Shown here: one piece after another, positions 1-23,044 of the stretch
Numbering within the stretch: position 1 is the stretch's first letter
How the letters are laid out: every line of letters begins with the position of its first letter
From: Macrostomum lignano
Taxonomy: Eukaryota
Assembly (NCBI GenBank): GCA_002269645.1
Contig: NIVC01002059.1
Span: 186,001-250,000 of the forward strand
Direction of reading: 5' to 3'
Length of the DNA stretch: 64,000 nucleotides
Position numbers and translations under genes: made by a program
The notes under the pieces: generated by a model
Seen by the model: the letters and a program-made list of their open reading frames with translations, nothing else
Told to the model about the DNA's origin: nothing
The model's database searches: none

Positions 1-456
1 ACTAGGAATACTGCTGAAAGAGCTGGGGGTTGAGAGAGCAGAATGATTCAAGCAAGAAAATTCAAGAGAAACTTTTTAAGAAAATAACAGCAAAAGAAAA
101 ATAAATGGATGACATGATATACTTTTGAGCAGCAGTTAGTTTCCCAAATTTGGTACTCACACAGGCTGCCACTCGAAGGCCGCTGCTACAGCCCGCGCAT
201 CTTTAAAAGAAGAAAAAAAGTAACTTGATATTAGCAATCTCCTTACTTTCTTTTTCCTTTTAAAGATGGAAAAAAATTAACTTGTCTGAAACAAGAAAGA
301 GAAGATTTAGAGAAGAAGAGAAGAGAAGAGAGGAGAAGAAGAAGAAGAAGAAGAAGAAGAAGAAGATTTAGAGAAGATGAGAATTATCTTCTTATTATTA
401 AGAAGATAAAGAAAAGAAAAGTTATATTTATGTACTATTTTTACTATTTTTATTTA

Positions 457-1224
457 CTATTCTTTTTTTATTTGAATAACACCCATGCTCCAATAGGTTT
501 TATATTTATTTGAACACATTAACATGTCTTCAATATCATTTTTTAAGGTGTAAAGTTCCTCAAATGTTATATTTAGCTTAAAAAAACGAGGATAATCATG
601 TAATGTTTTACTAAGAGACAACATTTTTCTAATAGTGCTTTTAGCATATGTTATCCCATGTCGTTGCAAAAACTCCAAAACCTGATCATCACAACTTTTA
701 CATTTAACAGTTTCTTCAGGATGTTCTATTCTATGTTTCGCTGCGTTGTGGTTAAGCCATACACCACAGATGTATGTGGCAATGAGCATACGATTATTAC
801 ATCTTTTTAAACTTGTGACTGCCGTCTGTAGTTGTTCTTCTACAGATAACGGCTTATTCGTATCAACAATAGAATAGGGGTGATTAAATTCATCGACCCC
901 TTCAAATTCAAATACTTTTTCGCAAAGATATTGATGAAGCGTCTCACCAGTTGTCCGTAGTTTTTGCTTCTTTACTTTTACTTTCTTTCTTGCTGGTTGA
1001 TCTTGATCCTCATCTACATCCATGCGCTCTTCATTTAATTTTTTTGATCGATCTTCTAAATTGCCACAACTAGGTACTAAGGGGCAATCTAATGTAACTT
1101 TTAAATGAATTAAATCATCTTCAGATAAGAGTAGTTCGTGTTTATTGTTATCTTTTGCTAACTCATTTAGCTGTAAAATTTTAGAGAAGAGAGATAGATC
1201 TGGTGTGACAGACAAGTCAGACAT
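457..1224 (-). CDS. Orphan intronless AT-rich ORF (255 aa), possibly cargo of a mobile element or virus
   Basis: Uninterrupted 255-aa ORF with ATG and stop. Globular-looking sequence with a basic NLS-like patch (RKKVKVKKQK) and a helical C-terminus (FLQRHGITYAKSTIRKMLSLSKTLHDYPRF). Codons are AT-rich, unlike most host exons here. Family not recognised. Confidence 0.5.
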   Translation of the reverse strand: MSDLSVTPDLSLFSKILQLNELAKDNNKHELLLSEDDLIHLKVTLDCPLVPSCGNLEDRSKKLNEERMDVDEDQDQPARKKVKVKKQKLRTTGETLHQYLCEKVFEFEGVDEFNHPYSIVDTNKPLSVEEQLQTAVTSLKRCNNRMLIATYICGVWLNHNAAKHRIEHPEETVKCKSCDDQVLEFLQRHGITYAKSTIRKMLSLSKTLHDYPRFFKLNITFEELYTLKNDIEDMLMCSNKYKTYWSMGVIQIKKE

Positions 1225-1636
1225 TTTTAACCGAGTAACTCTTCAAAAGTAGTTGTATAAATAAGCTTTCTTCCTTACCCGACAGACTTTGAGGGGGGGG
1301 GGGTGTCCGCCTGATAGCGGCGAGACGACTTGGCTTTGGGGATAAGGGGAGAGAATTGAGTAGACTGAGAAGAGCTGTGGGACGAGGGACAATGGAGGAT
1401 CGGGGGGTATGGTTTTGGTTGGCCATACGTATGCCATACGTAGCATACACGTGCTGCGGGATTGACTGTAGGTAGAGAAGTGGAAAGAGAGAGAACTTGC
1501 TATGTAGAAATAAATGCTCGCGGTGAGGAGACGCTTTTGCATAGGAAGAGAGGTTCTCTCTGTATACGGGGCCTGCGTACTCTGAGTTAGTGAGGGCATG
1601 AAGCTTTTGCATGGGGGAAGAGATATTTGCTCTGTA

Positions 1637-1810
1637 CATGTTCGGCGGCGGAACATTTGTTGGGCTGAGGAACAAATGTTCGGCTGAGGAACATTTGTTC
1701 GGCTGAGGAACATTTGTTCGGCGACAGAACATTTGTTCGGCTGAGCAACATTTGTTCGGCTGAGGAACATTTGTTAGGCGACAGAACATTTGTTCGGCTG
1801 AGGAATATTT
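1637..1810. repeat. 19-bp minisatellite (GGCTGAGGAACATTTGTTC), about 8-9 copies
   Basis: Direct tandem repeat visible in the sequence, just upstream of the orphan ORF. Confidence 0.9.
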
Positions 1811-2199
1811 GTAGCTGGCTCTGTAGCTGGTGCCCTAGAGGGTAGTTTTACATTTTCCCTTAGATAAATAGTTGCAAGCGTTGATTTTAGATGTAAGAGC
1901 ATTGTGTATGAATAGATCTTAGTAGACATTAACAAGCCTGGCAGAACTGTTCAGTGTGAGTTCCTATAATAAGAACCTGGAGAGACAACTGGAAACATTT
2001 TTATTGAGAATTTAATTTTTTTCAAAGGGTAAGGACCCTGCGCTGATGATTTAAAGTCTTTGGGATCTGGTTTCACCGCTTTGGATTGAATGTGGGCCCC
2101 ATGGGGAGAAGAATGCAGATTTTTTTCTGATTGTTTCGAAGATGCTATGGGTGGATGTCAGTGGATTATGTCAGTGTCAGCGAGCATAACAGGTGTCCA

Positions 2200-2410
2200 C
2201 TGTCTGATTCTGTCGGGGATAATATGGATGGATTTAATAGGATTATGTTCGAAGTTTTCAGAGCAAGTGCGGCCCCTCCCCTTTTTCATGATTCTGTCAG
2301 GGATAATATGGATGGATTTAATGGGATTATGGAGGACGTTTTGTGAGCGAGTGCGACCCCCCTTTTTTTCTGATTCTGTCAGGGATAATATGGATGGATT
2401 TAGGTGGATT
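2200..2410. repeat. About 84-bp imperfect tandem repeat, about 2.5-3 copies
   Basis: GATTCTGTC(G/A)GGGATAATATGGATGGATTTA recurs at about 2206, 2290 and 2373. Confidence 0.85.
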
Positions 2411-3402
2411 ATGGAGGAGGTGAAAAATTTTGTCCCAGAAGCCCCCTCATGCATTCTACTCGCATGCCAGGCACGCCAATGTATTTATGTATTGTGCATT
2501 ATGCACGCCAAATGCATGCCACTTACCTAATCGCACGCCGGTGCACGCCACTTTTAAAAATGCACGCGGGAAAATTCTCGCGTGCACTACATGATCTACA
2601 CTATGGCTCACCTCTCTCTTCTCTCTCCTCTCCTCTCTCCTCTCCTCTTTCTTCTCTCCTACTCCTCCCTTTCTCTCTGCTCTCTCTAGCAATCTTTCTT
2701 TCTTGTCAGACCTCTTGAGTCTTACCAGTAGTCTCATCCTCCTATTCTCCATTAATATCGATTAATCGATAAATCGATAATCGATTAATATCGATTTATA
2801 GAACTTTTGATATTGTTACTTTTTAGAATAAATTGGTGGACTTGTTGCGGCAGCATGTAGCTGTACAAAGAATAATCTACAGGTTAATTAAGTACACAAG
2901 AAAGGTAGAACGTTACAATAATTTCAACAAGTACAGATAGCTCATGAAATCATTTTCTGGTTTAATGCAGTTGGTAATTGTTAAATCTCTACTGCGGTCT
3001 TACATGAATTCTGCTCCGAGATGCCGGGATTGAGAAGAATTCTTCGGGATCCTGGAATTACAAATACTCGGGATTTAGCGGGATCGATTCCCGGGATTGA
3101 CAAAAGACCGGGATTTTGTAATCCCTAGGTAGGTACTGCTACTGTAAACTAAATAAAATATGAAGGATCAGCTTGATCTAGTTCAGAATGAAAGGCAAAT
3201 ATGGCTTATTTATTTTGAATTGAAATGACATATACATGCTATTGAACTTAGCTGGCATGAAATACTGCGCTTTGGTAGTGCGTGAGACTAAGAGCACGAC
3301 TGTTTTACACAGTTAATACTAATTTGCACATTTAACTGGCCTTCCTTATTGGGTTCGACTGCAGATAACGCAAATATCGGACACATCCAATCCAAAGACA
3401 GC

Positions 3403-3531
3403 ACAGAGGGGGCGGCAGCTACAGAGGGGGGCGGCAGCTGCAGAGGGGGGCGGCAGCTGCAGAGGGGGGCGGCAGCACAGAGAGGGCGACAGCTACAGAG
3501 GGGGCGCCAGCTACAGAGGGGGCGGCAGCTG
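3403..3531. repeat. 18-19-bp GC-rich minisatellite (CAGAGGGGGGCGGCAGCTG), about 7 copies
   Basis: Tandem repeat downstream of the KCNK stop codon. Confidence 0.85.
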
Positions 3532-3742
3532 CTGCTAGAAGCTGGCTGCATCAAGCTGCTTGCCAGCGAAAACACGGCTAAGCTTGCGGACTGCGCTCTT
3601 TTAAAAGATATTCAGGCAGGAAAATCTCCCATTTTCTCTCAAAGCAAAACACACTCCTAATGCGTTGTGAGCAAGCCTGGGGCTTCCGTTCTCGCGACAA
3701 AAATTCCGCAAAGTTCAGTGTGCTCTAGTTTATATTAACAGG

Positions 3743-14317
<10,575 letters not shown>

Positions 14318-14387
14318 TTAGGGAGATAGTTTGACTCTACTTGAGCACCTGAGACTTGACATTGCAGGATTATTTATAGTAGTGTGG

Positions 14388-14812
14388 GTAGGAATACTCA
14401 AGTAGCTAATGTGCTGGGCCTCCTCTCCTACTTATGTAGCTAATGTGCTAGGTGTCCCCTACTCAAGTAGCTAATGTGTTGGGTGTCCCTCCTACTCACG
14501 TAGCTAATGTGTTGGGTGTCCCCTCCTACTCAATTAGCTAATGTGCTGGGTGTCCTCTCCTACTCACGTAGCTAATGTGCTGGGTGTCCCCTCCTATTCA
14601 CGTAGCTAATGTGTTGGGTGTCCCCTCCTATTCAATTAGCTAATGTGCTGGGTGTCCCACCTACTGAAGTAGCTAATGTGCTGGGTGTCCCCTATTACTC
14701 ATGTAGCTAATGTACTGGGTGTCCCCTCCTACTCAATTAGCTAATGTACTGGGTGTCCCCTCCTACTCATGTAGCTAATGTGCTGGGTGTCCCACCTACT
14801 GAAGTAGCTAAT
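14388..14812. repeat. About 34-bp minisatellite upstream of the KCNK start, about 12 copies
   Basis: Unit AGCTAATGTGCTGGGTGTCCCCTCCTACTCACGT. Confidence 0.92.
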
Positions 14813-16339
14813 GTGATGTAAGATTTGAGGCCGTCTGCCCTCCCAACTCAGAGCTAGTTAGTACCCGACATACTTTCAATTAAAATTAAAATCTAATTCC
14901 AGACAGAACGTCTCAGACTAGATAATAGCTTCATAATTTGGCCATGGCCTTTTTAGAGGACTAAGAAGGAAGCGGCTGTCCTGGATGAGACTGTCGGAGT
15001 CTGGCATCTCCGCAATGGCTGTCATTTGAACTGTGCAGCCGAGCCCCGGGCTAATTTTGATTTAAGGAACTCCAGTTGAAAAGTCAGCCCACTGCCGAAC
15101 AAAAAGCAGCCAAGGAGACGAAGGAGAATTAGTGCATTTTCTGAGGGGGGCGGCGCATAAATTTCTGGCCGAGCTGTTGCCGGGCGGAAATGAGGAGTCG
15201 GGGAGGAGGAGCATAGGGAAAGCTCGTCTCTCTTCTTCACACTTTTGAAAAAAAATTCGCGGACTTGAAAACTGGTCAAGGCCAGCCAGCCCCTGGGCAT
15301 GGCGGAGATGGCCGGTTCTAATTGTAGGAAAGGCCTCGGGCAATAATTGGTGCCCATAGGAAGCGGGCCCGACTTGTGCGCCCCAACCGGTGCATGCGGC
15401 GAACTTTCTGGCGCAGTCGAGCACGGGGCCCAATTGACTAGCAATGAGAATGGATAAATGAGGGCCAGAACTGCAGTGGCTATGGGCTGAGCTGCGCTGA
15501 GATGTGGAGGATCATATTTTCTTTGGCATGGATCTCGCCCGCCTTCCAGCTCTTTCTGAGTCATCTTGAAGTCACACCGCCTGCCCGACCCTCCAGGAGC
15601 CCATCAGTCAATCGGGAGAGCAGTTGAGACTCGGACATTCCTCTCGGTACCCCAAGCTCTTTTCTTGCCCCCCCCGATTTTTCAATCAGCAGCAATATTT
15701 CGCGGAATTTCACCAGCGGCAAGGGCGGAGTTCTTTTATTATTTGCTGTTGTCGGGGCTAAACCTAGCGGGGAAATTGAAAACCGCTAATTACTACTGGA
15801 TGAAAACTGAAAATCCGAAACTAAGCTGCACATTCAATAACAGGCTCAAGGACCACTGTAGTGTAACAAGACGTAAAACTCAAAGATCGTGTAATTTTTG
15901 GAGGCCGATTTCCTGGAAAGAATACACTGCGGAGATAGAAGAAAACCTTTCTTCACCACATAATCAATGATTGCATTTTTGTCAATTTAGCATGCGCAAC
16001 ATGTTATTCTGTTGTATTTTATACAGCTGTGTAGTGCAAGTTTCATTTTAATATTGTTTTCTTTTTGTTACAGAAGCCCCAAGTTTTTTCCTTCTTAATT
16101 GAATCCAGGATATTTGTAATAAAAATTTTGCATCCAGGTACTCTTAAGCCATTATTGTAGGTATGATTCCATTCCAATGAATATTAATTCCTACTAATAT
16201 TCACTTTGGGTTTATGAAGTAAAAAGAAAACAGTAGTAGGAAACTTTCACTTTTGTCTTTTTTTTCCTATCTCCGCAGTGTCTTTTTTCCCAGGAAATCG
16301 GCCTTCAAAAATTTACACGTTCTTTGAGTTTTATGTCCT

Positions 16340-16600
16340 GTTACACTACAGGAGCTTGCTGGGGGGAATTGCTGAGATGTCAAGGCTTACTGGGGGAATT
16401 TCTGAAATGTCAAGGCTTACTGGGGGAATTGCTGAGACTTCAAGGCTTGCTGGGGGAATTTCTGAGATTTCAAGGCTTACTCGGGGAATTGCTGAGATTT
16501 CAAGGCTTACTGAGGGAATTACTGAGATGTGAAGGCTTACTTGGGGGGATTTCTGAGATGCCAAGGCTTACTGGGGAAATTATTGAGATGTCATCAAGGC
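16340..16600. repeat. 30-bp minisatellite, about 8 copies
   Basis: Unit GGGGGAATT(G/T)CTGAGATGTCAAGGCTTACT. Confidence 0.9.
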
Positions 16601-17569
16601 TTATGGCATATTGAGCTCCTGCTGCGGACCAGAATATGCCCAGGCCAATGACGATATGCCCTAAGAGTTTGTGCTTGAAAGGATAAGTACTATTTGCTGA
16701 ATGAGAAAGGCTTTTGGGCTGATGAAGGAAACTTTGGCTGGTGAAGGTTTTTATTCATGGCAATTTATTTTTGCCAAAAATAAGAAAAAGTAAATTTTGA
16801 TTAATGGATTTTGAATAATAAGTAAGGTTATTACTCATTGGCCAAAATAAAAACCACTTGGCGTCATTTTTGCGCCCCCCAACGGGGGGCTTAAATTGCT
16901 AGTAACTAACTAAAAATGGTGTTATGCAGCTGTACGAGCGTAATATAAAAAATATGCAAGTAAAACTTTCACTTGCCTGAAATTTGGGACACGTTGTTTT
17001 TTTACTGTTTATTGATTTAAAAAAATCGTCTGGCCAGCAAATTGAAAATCAGAAGATTTCAATGCAGATCCTCACTGGGTTCGTTAAGCAGCGATTGTTA
17101 GTGGAAAGTTTTTTTCCTAGAATATCGTGGCCCGCCGGCGTCTGGGCTCTCCAATTGACGAGCTTGAGCCGTCTGCCTTTTAGCTGGTGGTTAAAGTGTA
17201 GGAGAAATGTCACGGTACCAATGCTGGCGCAATGCGTGATTGGCCGCCTTAGGCAAAGCCAATGGGATTATAGATATAGGCTAGAGACGATGCGAAATCT
17301 AAAAAAACTTGAAAATATGGACTTGCACTAAAAGTAAGTTTTCTTACTGTGATTGATGCGGCCTGAGACTTGATGAAGAGGTTTCTGTTCTGAGACGACT
17401 TTTCTACTGATATTACTTTGACTGACTGTTTAAGCAAAAAGCCTTTATATATGAATTTATTTACAATTATGAAATTAATTTTCTTTTTTTAAGAGTTCTG
17501 GTTCACAGTATTTTATATATTATGACTTTCTTGTCGCAAACGACTCATAAATAATGTGTATTAACAGTA

Positions 17570-19262
17570 GAACTACAAGAGGGGGGGGAAATTTCCCCCC
17601 CCTGACAATTTTTTTTGCTGCGCCGGAACGGAGCAACGCAGGCACACGAAATTCAAGAACACGGGCTAACTTTTTGTTGCGCACCTTCTCAAACAAGAAT
17701 CAAGTCGCCAGCCCTCCGGACCGTTGAGATATTTGACGATTCTGCCAGAAGGTCGGATTTTTCCCATAAGTGCTAGTGTATTCAGTACAACCCCTGTGCG
17801 CCAATTAGCACTGCGCCGCAGTGCAGCCTTGCCAAGTCTCCAAATTTCATCAGCACGTCGAACACATGTGTCTGCATCAGTTCTGACTTCGTTGGTCACT
17901 AGCCTTCACCCAAGTGGAGCTTCTGGACCCTCAACAGCTGTGGCACCAGGTGACTATGGACACCCTGATGCGGATTTCTCTAGTTTCGCCGATCAAGCCT
18001 CGACAGTGGGCAAGAATCAACCGCCAGACATTCTCAGCTAGTCTCTCAAGCATTCCGTCATCATCCGACGCCGTCGGGACGCCGGGACGTCGGGACGCCG
18101 TCATCATCCCGACGTCCGCGGATCCGACAGCCTGTTGCAAATATGTCAGGTTTTTCTTATCAAGCTTCAATAATGAGCAACCTCAACTTCTGGACATCCT
18201 CAGCTAGTCAGTCAAGCATTCAGCCATCACCCCGACGCCGTCGGCACCTTTAACAGGTGGCACCAGGGGAGTAAGGACACCTGAGCGTGATTTTTTATCA
18301 TGCTCTTAACATTTCTGAAGCTCTCAAATTTTTAAAGCACGGACATTGCTATAGTTAAGCTTGAACTCATGTTGCTGTATATTTATATTATTATTACACA
18401 TACTTTTATGCATACGAGCTACATACGTATTTTATTCGAAAAGCTGTTTAGTTTATTCAACTATAAGATTGAACCCAATTTTTATGCAGAAAGGGTTATG
18501 CTTTTAAGAAGCCAGTAAATTCAATCCGTTTTTTCATTTTTTAATAATAAGAAAAACCTGACATTTTTGCAACAGGATGTCCATTGTCACCTGGTGTAAT
18601 CTGTTGAAGGAGCCGACGGCGTCCGGTTGATGGCTGAATGCTTGACTGACTAACTGAGGATGTCCAGCAGTTGATTTTTGCCCACTATCGAGGCTTGATC
18701 AGCGAAACTAGAGATTTCTTATCAGGCTGTCCATAGTCACCTGGTGTAATCTGTTGAAGGAGCCGACGGCGTCGGGATGATGACGGAATGCTTGAGAGAC
18801 TAGCTGAGAATGTCTGGCGGTTGATTCTTGCCCACTGTCGAGGCTTGATCGGCGAAACTAGAGAAATCCGCATCAGGGTGTCCATAGTCACCTGGTGCCA
18901 CAGCTGTTGAGGGTCCAGAAGCTCCACTTGGGTGAAGGCTAGTGACCAACGAAGTCAGAACTGATGCAGACACATGTGTTCGACGTGCTGATGAAATTTG
19001 GAGACTTGGCAATGCAGCACTGAGGCGCAGTGCTGATTGGCGCACAGGGGTGTACTGAATACACTGGCACTTATGGGAAAAATCCGACCTTCTGGCAGAA
19101 TCGTCGAATTTCTCGACGGTCCGAAGGGCTGGCGACTTGATTCTTGTTTGAGAAGGTGCGCAACAAAAAGTTAGCCCGTGTTCTTGAATTTCGTGTGCCT
19201 GCGTTGCTCCGTTCCGGCGCAGCAAAAAAAATGTCAGGGGGAATTCCCCCTCTTGGTAGTTC
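17570..19262. mobile_element. Foldback-like inverted-repeat element (about 1.7 kb, about 500-bp arms)
   Basis: 17570-18080 is a high-identity reverse complement of about 18765-19262. Shuffled inner sub-repeats (18120-18270 vs 18545-18750) are also inverted. No TSD found. Confidence 0.7.
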
Positions 19263-19959
19263 GACGGGCGGAAAAATGGCTTGTATTCCTACTGTTAAGC
19301 GAAAGATATATGTGGTTGGAGTTCAACTAGTGCGCAAAAATGTAAAATAATGAACGCCAAACGTGATTCCCCAAAGTCCCTGATGAAATCGGTCCCAAAA
19401 GTGCTTGGGTCTCGCTGAGCACAGGTACAATGGGTATTATACATTCATGATGGATATTTTCCTGCGTTTCTTAGGAAGCTCAACGACTTCGAGATTCTTC
19501 AAGCGAAGTAGCAGCATAGTGAGTGGCCGTGGCTACAAATCCAGCCTCCGTGCCAATCAGACCCATGCGACAGTGAAGAAATATAAGCAAATAAACTGCC
19601 TGCCGAGGACGAGACTGATCAGATTTTCCATCTCAACAGTGTGAGCACCTATCTTATACGCCTGACATATGGGCGGCCAGACCTCCCCACTTAATTGAAC
19701 TGATGATTGCAGGGAATGAACCAGGCGCGAGCTGGCGGGCTCAAGTATGGGGATTAGGATTGGTGGCCAACATCCTCTTCCCCATTATCTATTCAAAGCC
19801 TCGCTCGTGCTTTCTCCCCTGCCTGCGCCTCTGTCCTCACGCCCAATTATTATCCCAGCCATATGGAGGGATGGATGGAGAGAGTGAGACTGCGGGAAGC
19901 TGGCGGGAAGGTGAAAGGACGCGAAAAAAATTAGGATAAATTAGGGCTGCCAAAGAGGG

Positions 19960-20162
19960 AAGTGAGGGTGAGACAGAGGGAGTGGGAGAGGGAGTGAGGG
20001 TGAGACACAGGGAGTGGGAGAGGGAAGTGAGGGTGAGACACACGGAGTGGGAGAGGGAAGTGAGGGTGAGACACACGGAGTGGGGGAGAGAAGTGAGGGT
20101 GAGACACACGGAGTGGGAGAGTTTGGGGGAGAGAAGTGAGGGTGAGACACACGGAGTGGGGG
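19960..20162. repeat. About 33-bp minisatellite, about 6 copies
   Basis: Unit GGGAGAGGGAAGTGAGGGTGAGACACACGGAGT. Confidence 0.9.
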
Positions 20163-20616
20163 AGGTAATGGCAATTTCTCCATCTTGGCGATGTTCAAAT
20201 CTGGCAGGCAAATGACATCTTTTTGAATCGCAAAGTCAGCAATTGAGAGACGTGCAATTGTCTCAACGATAAAATGCATCAATCATAAAAGACGAACATA
20301 TTAAATCCGCATGTATGGATAGAGAATTTAATGAAAATTCTAAAATTCCTGAGCTCATCAAAAAGGCGTCACTAATTGTTCTACTATTAGTAGGAAGAAA
20401 TGAATATTATCAACAATTTTTGCTTGTGTTCGGCCGTCAGAGGAATGCATCTATCAATAGAACGGTAAAAATAACCCTGACTGACAGGGGAAAAGGCTAA
20501 GCTAACTGAATTAAAATCAAAAGGTGTGCAAAAATAGCTGTAGGCATTAAAATCGTGTTGCATTACAAAACTGAGAGATCTATACAAATACAGTAAATCT
20601 GCCGACTAGCATCTAA

Positions 20617-21060
20617 CAGGGGGTTCGCGGCTCAAGCGGTGTTGCGTCCCCCCCCCTTAGCCCTCAACTCTGAGGTTCTTAGAAAGGCACCAAAGTGGCA
20701 TAGAGTCTGCGCGCTACATTGGGTGTCATGGGCGCCTTAAGTTTGCAAATTGGAAATAAAACAATATTTTATGATGCTAAATCTAGTGGCTCAAAATATA
20801 ATCTAGTGGCGTCAAAATGTAATCTAGTGACGCCAAAACAGAATCTAGTGGCGCCGAAATCTAATCAAGAGGCGCCAAAATAAAATATAGTGGCGCCAAA
20901 GTTTAATCAAGTGCGCCAAAGTTTAATCAAGTGGCGCCAAATATAATCTAGTGGCGCCAAAATATAATCTTGTGGCGCCAAAGTATAATCAAGTGGCGCC
21001 AAAATAAAATCTAGTGGCGCCAAAAAATTGGTGGCGCCAAAATATAATCTACTCTCGCCA
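20617..21060. mobile_element. Truncated MITE-like element with an internal 21-bp GTGGCGCCAAAATATAATCTA array
   Basis: Starts CAGGGGG and carries about 12 degenerate 21-bp units (20780-21050) sharing the GGCGCYAAAAT core with the 23.8 kb and 53 kb elements. Second end not found. Confidence 0.45.
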
Positions 21061-21223
21061 ACTCATAAGCTTTGTTGGCGCCAGAGTCCATTCCAGATGC
21101 GTCAAACTGAGTAGGACAGACACCGCATCGCGTATACCGCCGATTATGGGGAAATGAGGAAGATGGGAAAATTCCCCCCACAATGAAATCCCGCAGATTT
21201 TACTCAGCCGGGGGGGGGCGCGG

Positions 21224-23044
21224 TCAGTCCAGCCGGAAGAAATGGCAGCTGACCAGCGCGGACACTGCGCGCCCCGGCAAGCGGCCACCCGGCTGAAATC
21301 CCGGCTGTTGTCGGCGGCGCTCCGGCACAGTTGGTGGAACCGGGACTCGGGCGAGCCGGCCTTGGCCAGGGTTACCATGGTGACGAATTTGAAACGAGAG
21401 TTGGTACCAGACACGAGCAGTTGCAAAATCTGCTTAGCTATCTGGACAGCTCTGTGCGAACAATCCTCGGGCTCGTAGTCAATCAAGGACTCCAGCTCCC
21501 GCTGCACACAGTCCAGCACTTGCTCCAGCGGTCCTGGAGGCCGGCGGCCAGGGCGGCATCGGCTGAGTCGGCCAGCAGCCAGGAGGCCAGCGCCGGCTCA
21601 GCTGGTAGATTATCATAGACGGACTGGGAGCTGCCGACCGACGAAGCGGAGGAGGACGCCGGTGGATCCGCGGTGCCATCCGTTGGCATCCTCGGCGAGT
21701 CTTCGGCGATCGACCAGAGACAGCAAGCCTCAGAAGGCTCGTCCATCGCGTTGCCGGCCGATGGAGACAGAGGGACAATTATCGCAGCCTCATCCGGCTC
21801 AGCCTCCGCCTCCATCGCGTCCTCATCCCCATTGATAGGTTCAAATATTACTTTTTCGGCGACTGGGAACTGTCTAAGCAGTACATTGTTTGACTCGACA
21901 ATGGAGTCGTAACGGCGTCCAACTGAGATTCTGAACCAGACCGTTGCGCATCCTGAAAAATGGGGTAAAAATGCGATGAATACTGAACTGATGTAGAGCG
22001 TTTAAAAGTTCTGACTAGGTCTTCTTGTTGCTACATTAACCTCTCCTCCTGTATCTAGGCCCACTGCGGCTCACGCACTCTTCCCACTGGACCTCTGCAG
22101 CTGCCTCTCCCTCCTGTATCTAGGCCCACTGCGGCTCACGCACTCTTCCCACTGGACTCTGCAGCTGCCTCTCCCTCCTGTATCTAGGCCCACTGCGGCT
22201 CACGCACTCTTCCCACTGGACCTCTGCAGCTGCCTCTCCCTCCTGTATCTAGGCCCACTGCGGCTCACGCACTCTTCCCACTGGACCTCTGCAGCTGCCT
22301 CTCCTCCTGTCCCTCAGCACACTGCAGCTCCCGCACTCTTCCCACTGGACCTCTGCAGCTGCCTCTCCTCCTGTCCCTCAGCCACACTGCGGCTCACGCA
22401 CTCTTCCCACTGGACCTCTGCAGCTGCCTCTCCCTCCTGTATCTAGGCCCACTGCGGCTCACGCACTCTTCCCACTGGACCTCTGCAGCTGCCTCTCCCT
22501 CCTGTCCCTCAGCACACTGCAGCTCCCGCACTCTTCCCACTGGACCTCTGCAGCTGCCTCTCCCTCCTGTCCCTCAGCACACTGCAGCTCCCGCACTCTT
22601 CCCACTGGACTTCTGCAGCTGCCTCTCCCTCCTGTCCCTCAGCACACTGCAGCTCCCGCACTCTTCCCACTGGACCTCTGCAGCTGCCTCTCCCTCCTGT
22701 CCCTCAGCACACTGCAGCTCCCGCACTCTTCCCACTGGACTTCTGCAGCTGCCTCTCCCTCCTGTCCCTCAGCACACTGCAGCTCCCGAACTCTTCCCAC
22801 TGGACCTCTGCAGCTATATACCTGTATAGCATTCCCCCCAGCCACCTACCCTGTGCAGCTGGGCCGCAGCATCCGTCAGAGCGTTGTGCTCCTCCTCGCT
22901 GACCTCCCGGCCGAGTCCTTCGTCATCGGTTTCGCCGCCATTGACGCCGGCGGACTCTGACGAGGCGCAGTTGGCAACCGTTGCAGATCGGCGCTGCCCT
23001 GAGCAATGCCAGCTAAGCTCTGAAGCCGTCGCTTTGACTTGCAT
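21224..23044 (-). CDS. Tctex1 (dynein light chain)-domain protein with a long acidic N-terminus; reading frame broken by 2-3 single-base deletions
   Basis: Exon about 23044-22850 (start uncertain), GT-AG intron, exon 21952-21224. Restoring one base in homopolymers at 21852-56, 21536-37 and 21272-75 gives ...GPLEQVLDCVQRELESLIDYEPEDCSHRAVQIAKQILQLL...RFKFVTMVTL...DNSRDFSRV..AVSALVSCHFFRLD*, which fits the Tctex1 pattern. Confidence 0.6.
22040..22815. repeat. 65-bp minisatellite, about 12 copies, in the Tctex1-gene intron
   Basis: The unit recurs at 22046, 22111 and onward, in two variant types. Confidence 0.95.

Noticed and set aside
2043-2130. C/D box snoRNA (CTGATGA...CTGA)
   Set aside because: The C box is imperfect, there is no terminal stem, and no recognisable rRNA-complementary guide.
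2561-2600. Helitron 3' end
   Set aside because: The hairpin is followed by CTAC, not CTRR, at the expected distance; kept only as a generic terminus candidate.
15022-15970. ORFs of 180 and 134 aa between KCNK and the foldback
   Set aside because: They have non-ATG starts, no motifs and no splice-consistent structure; probably decayed repeat sequence.
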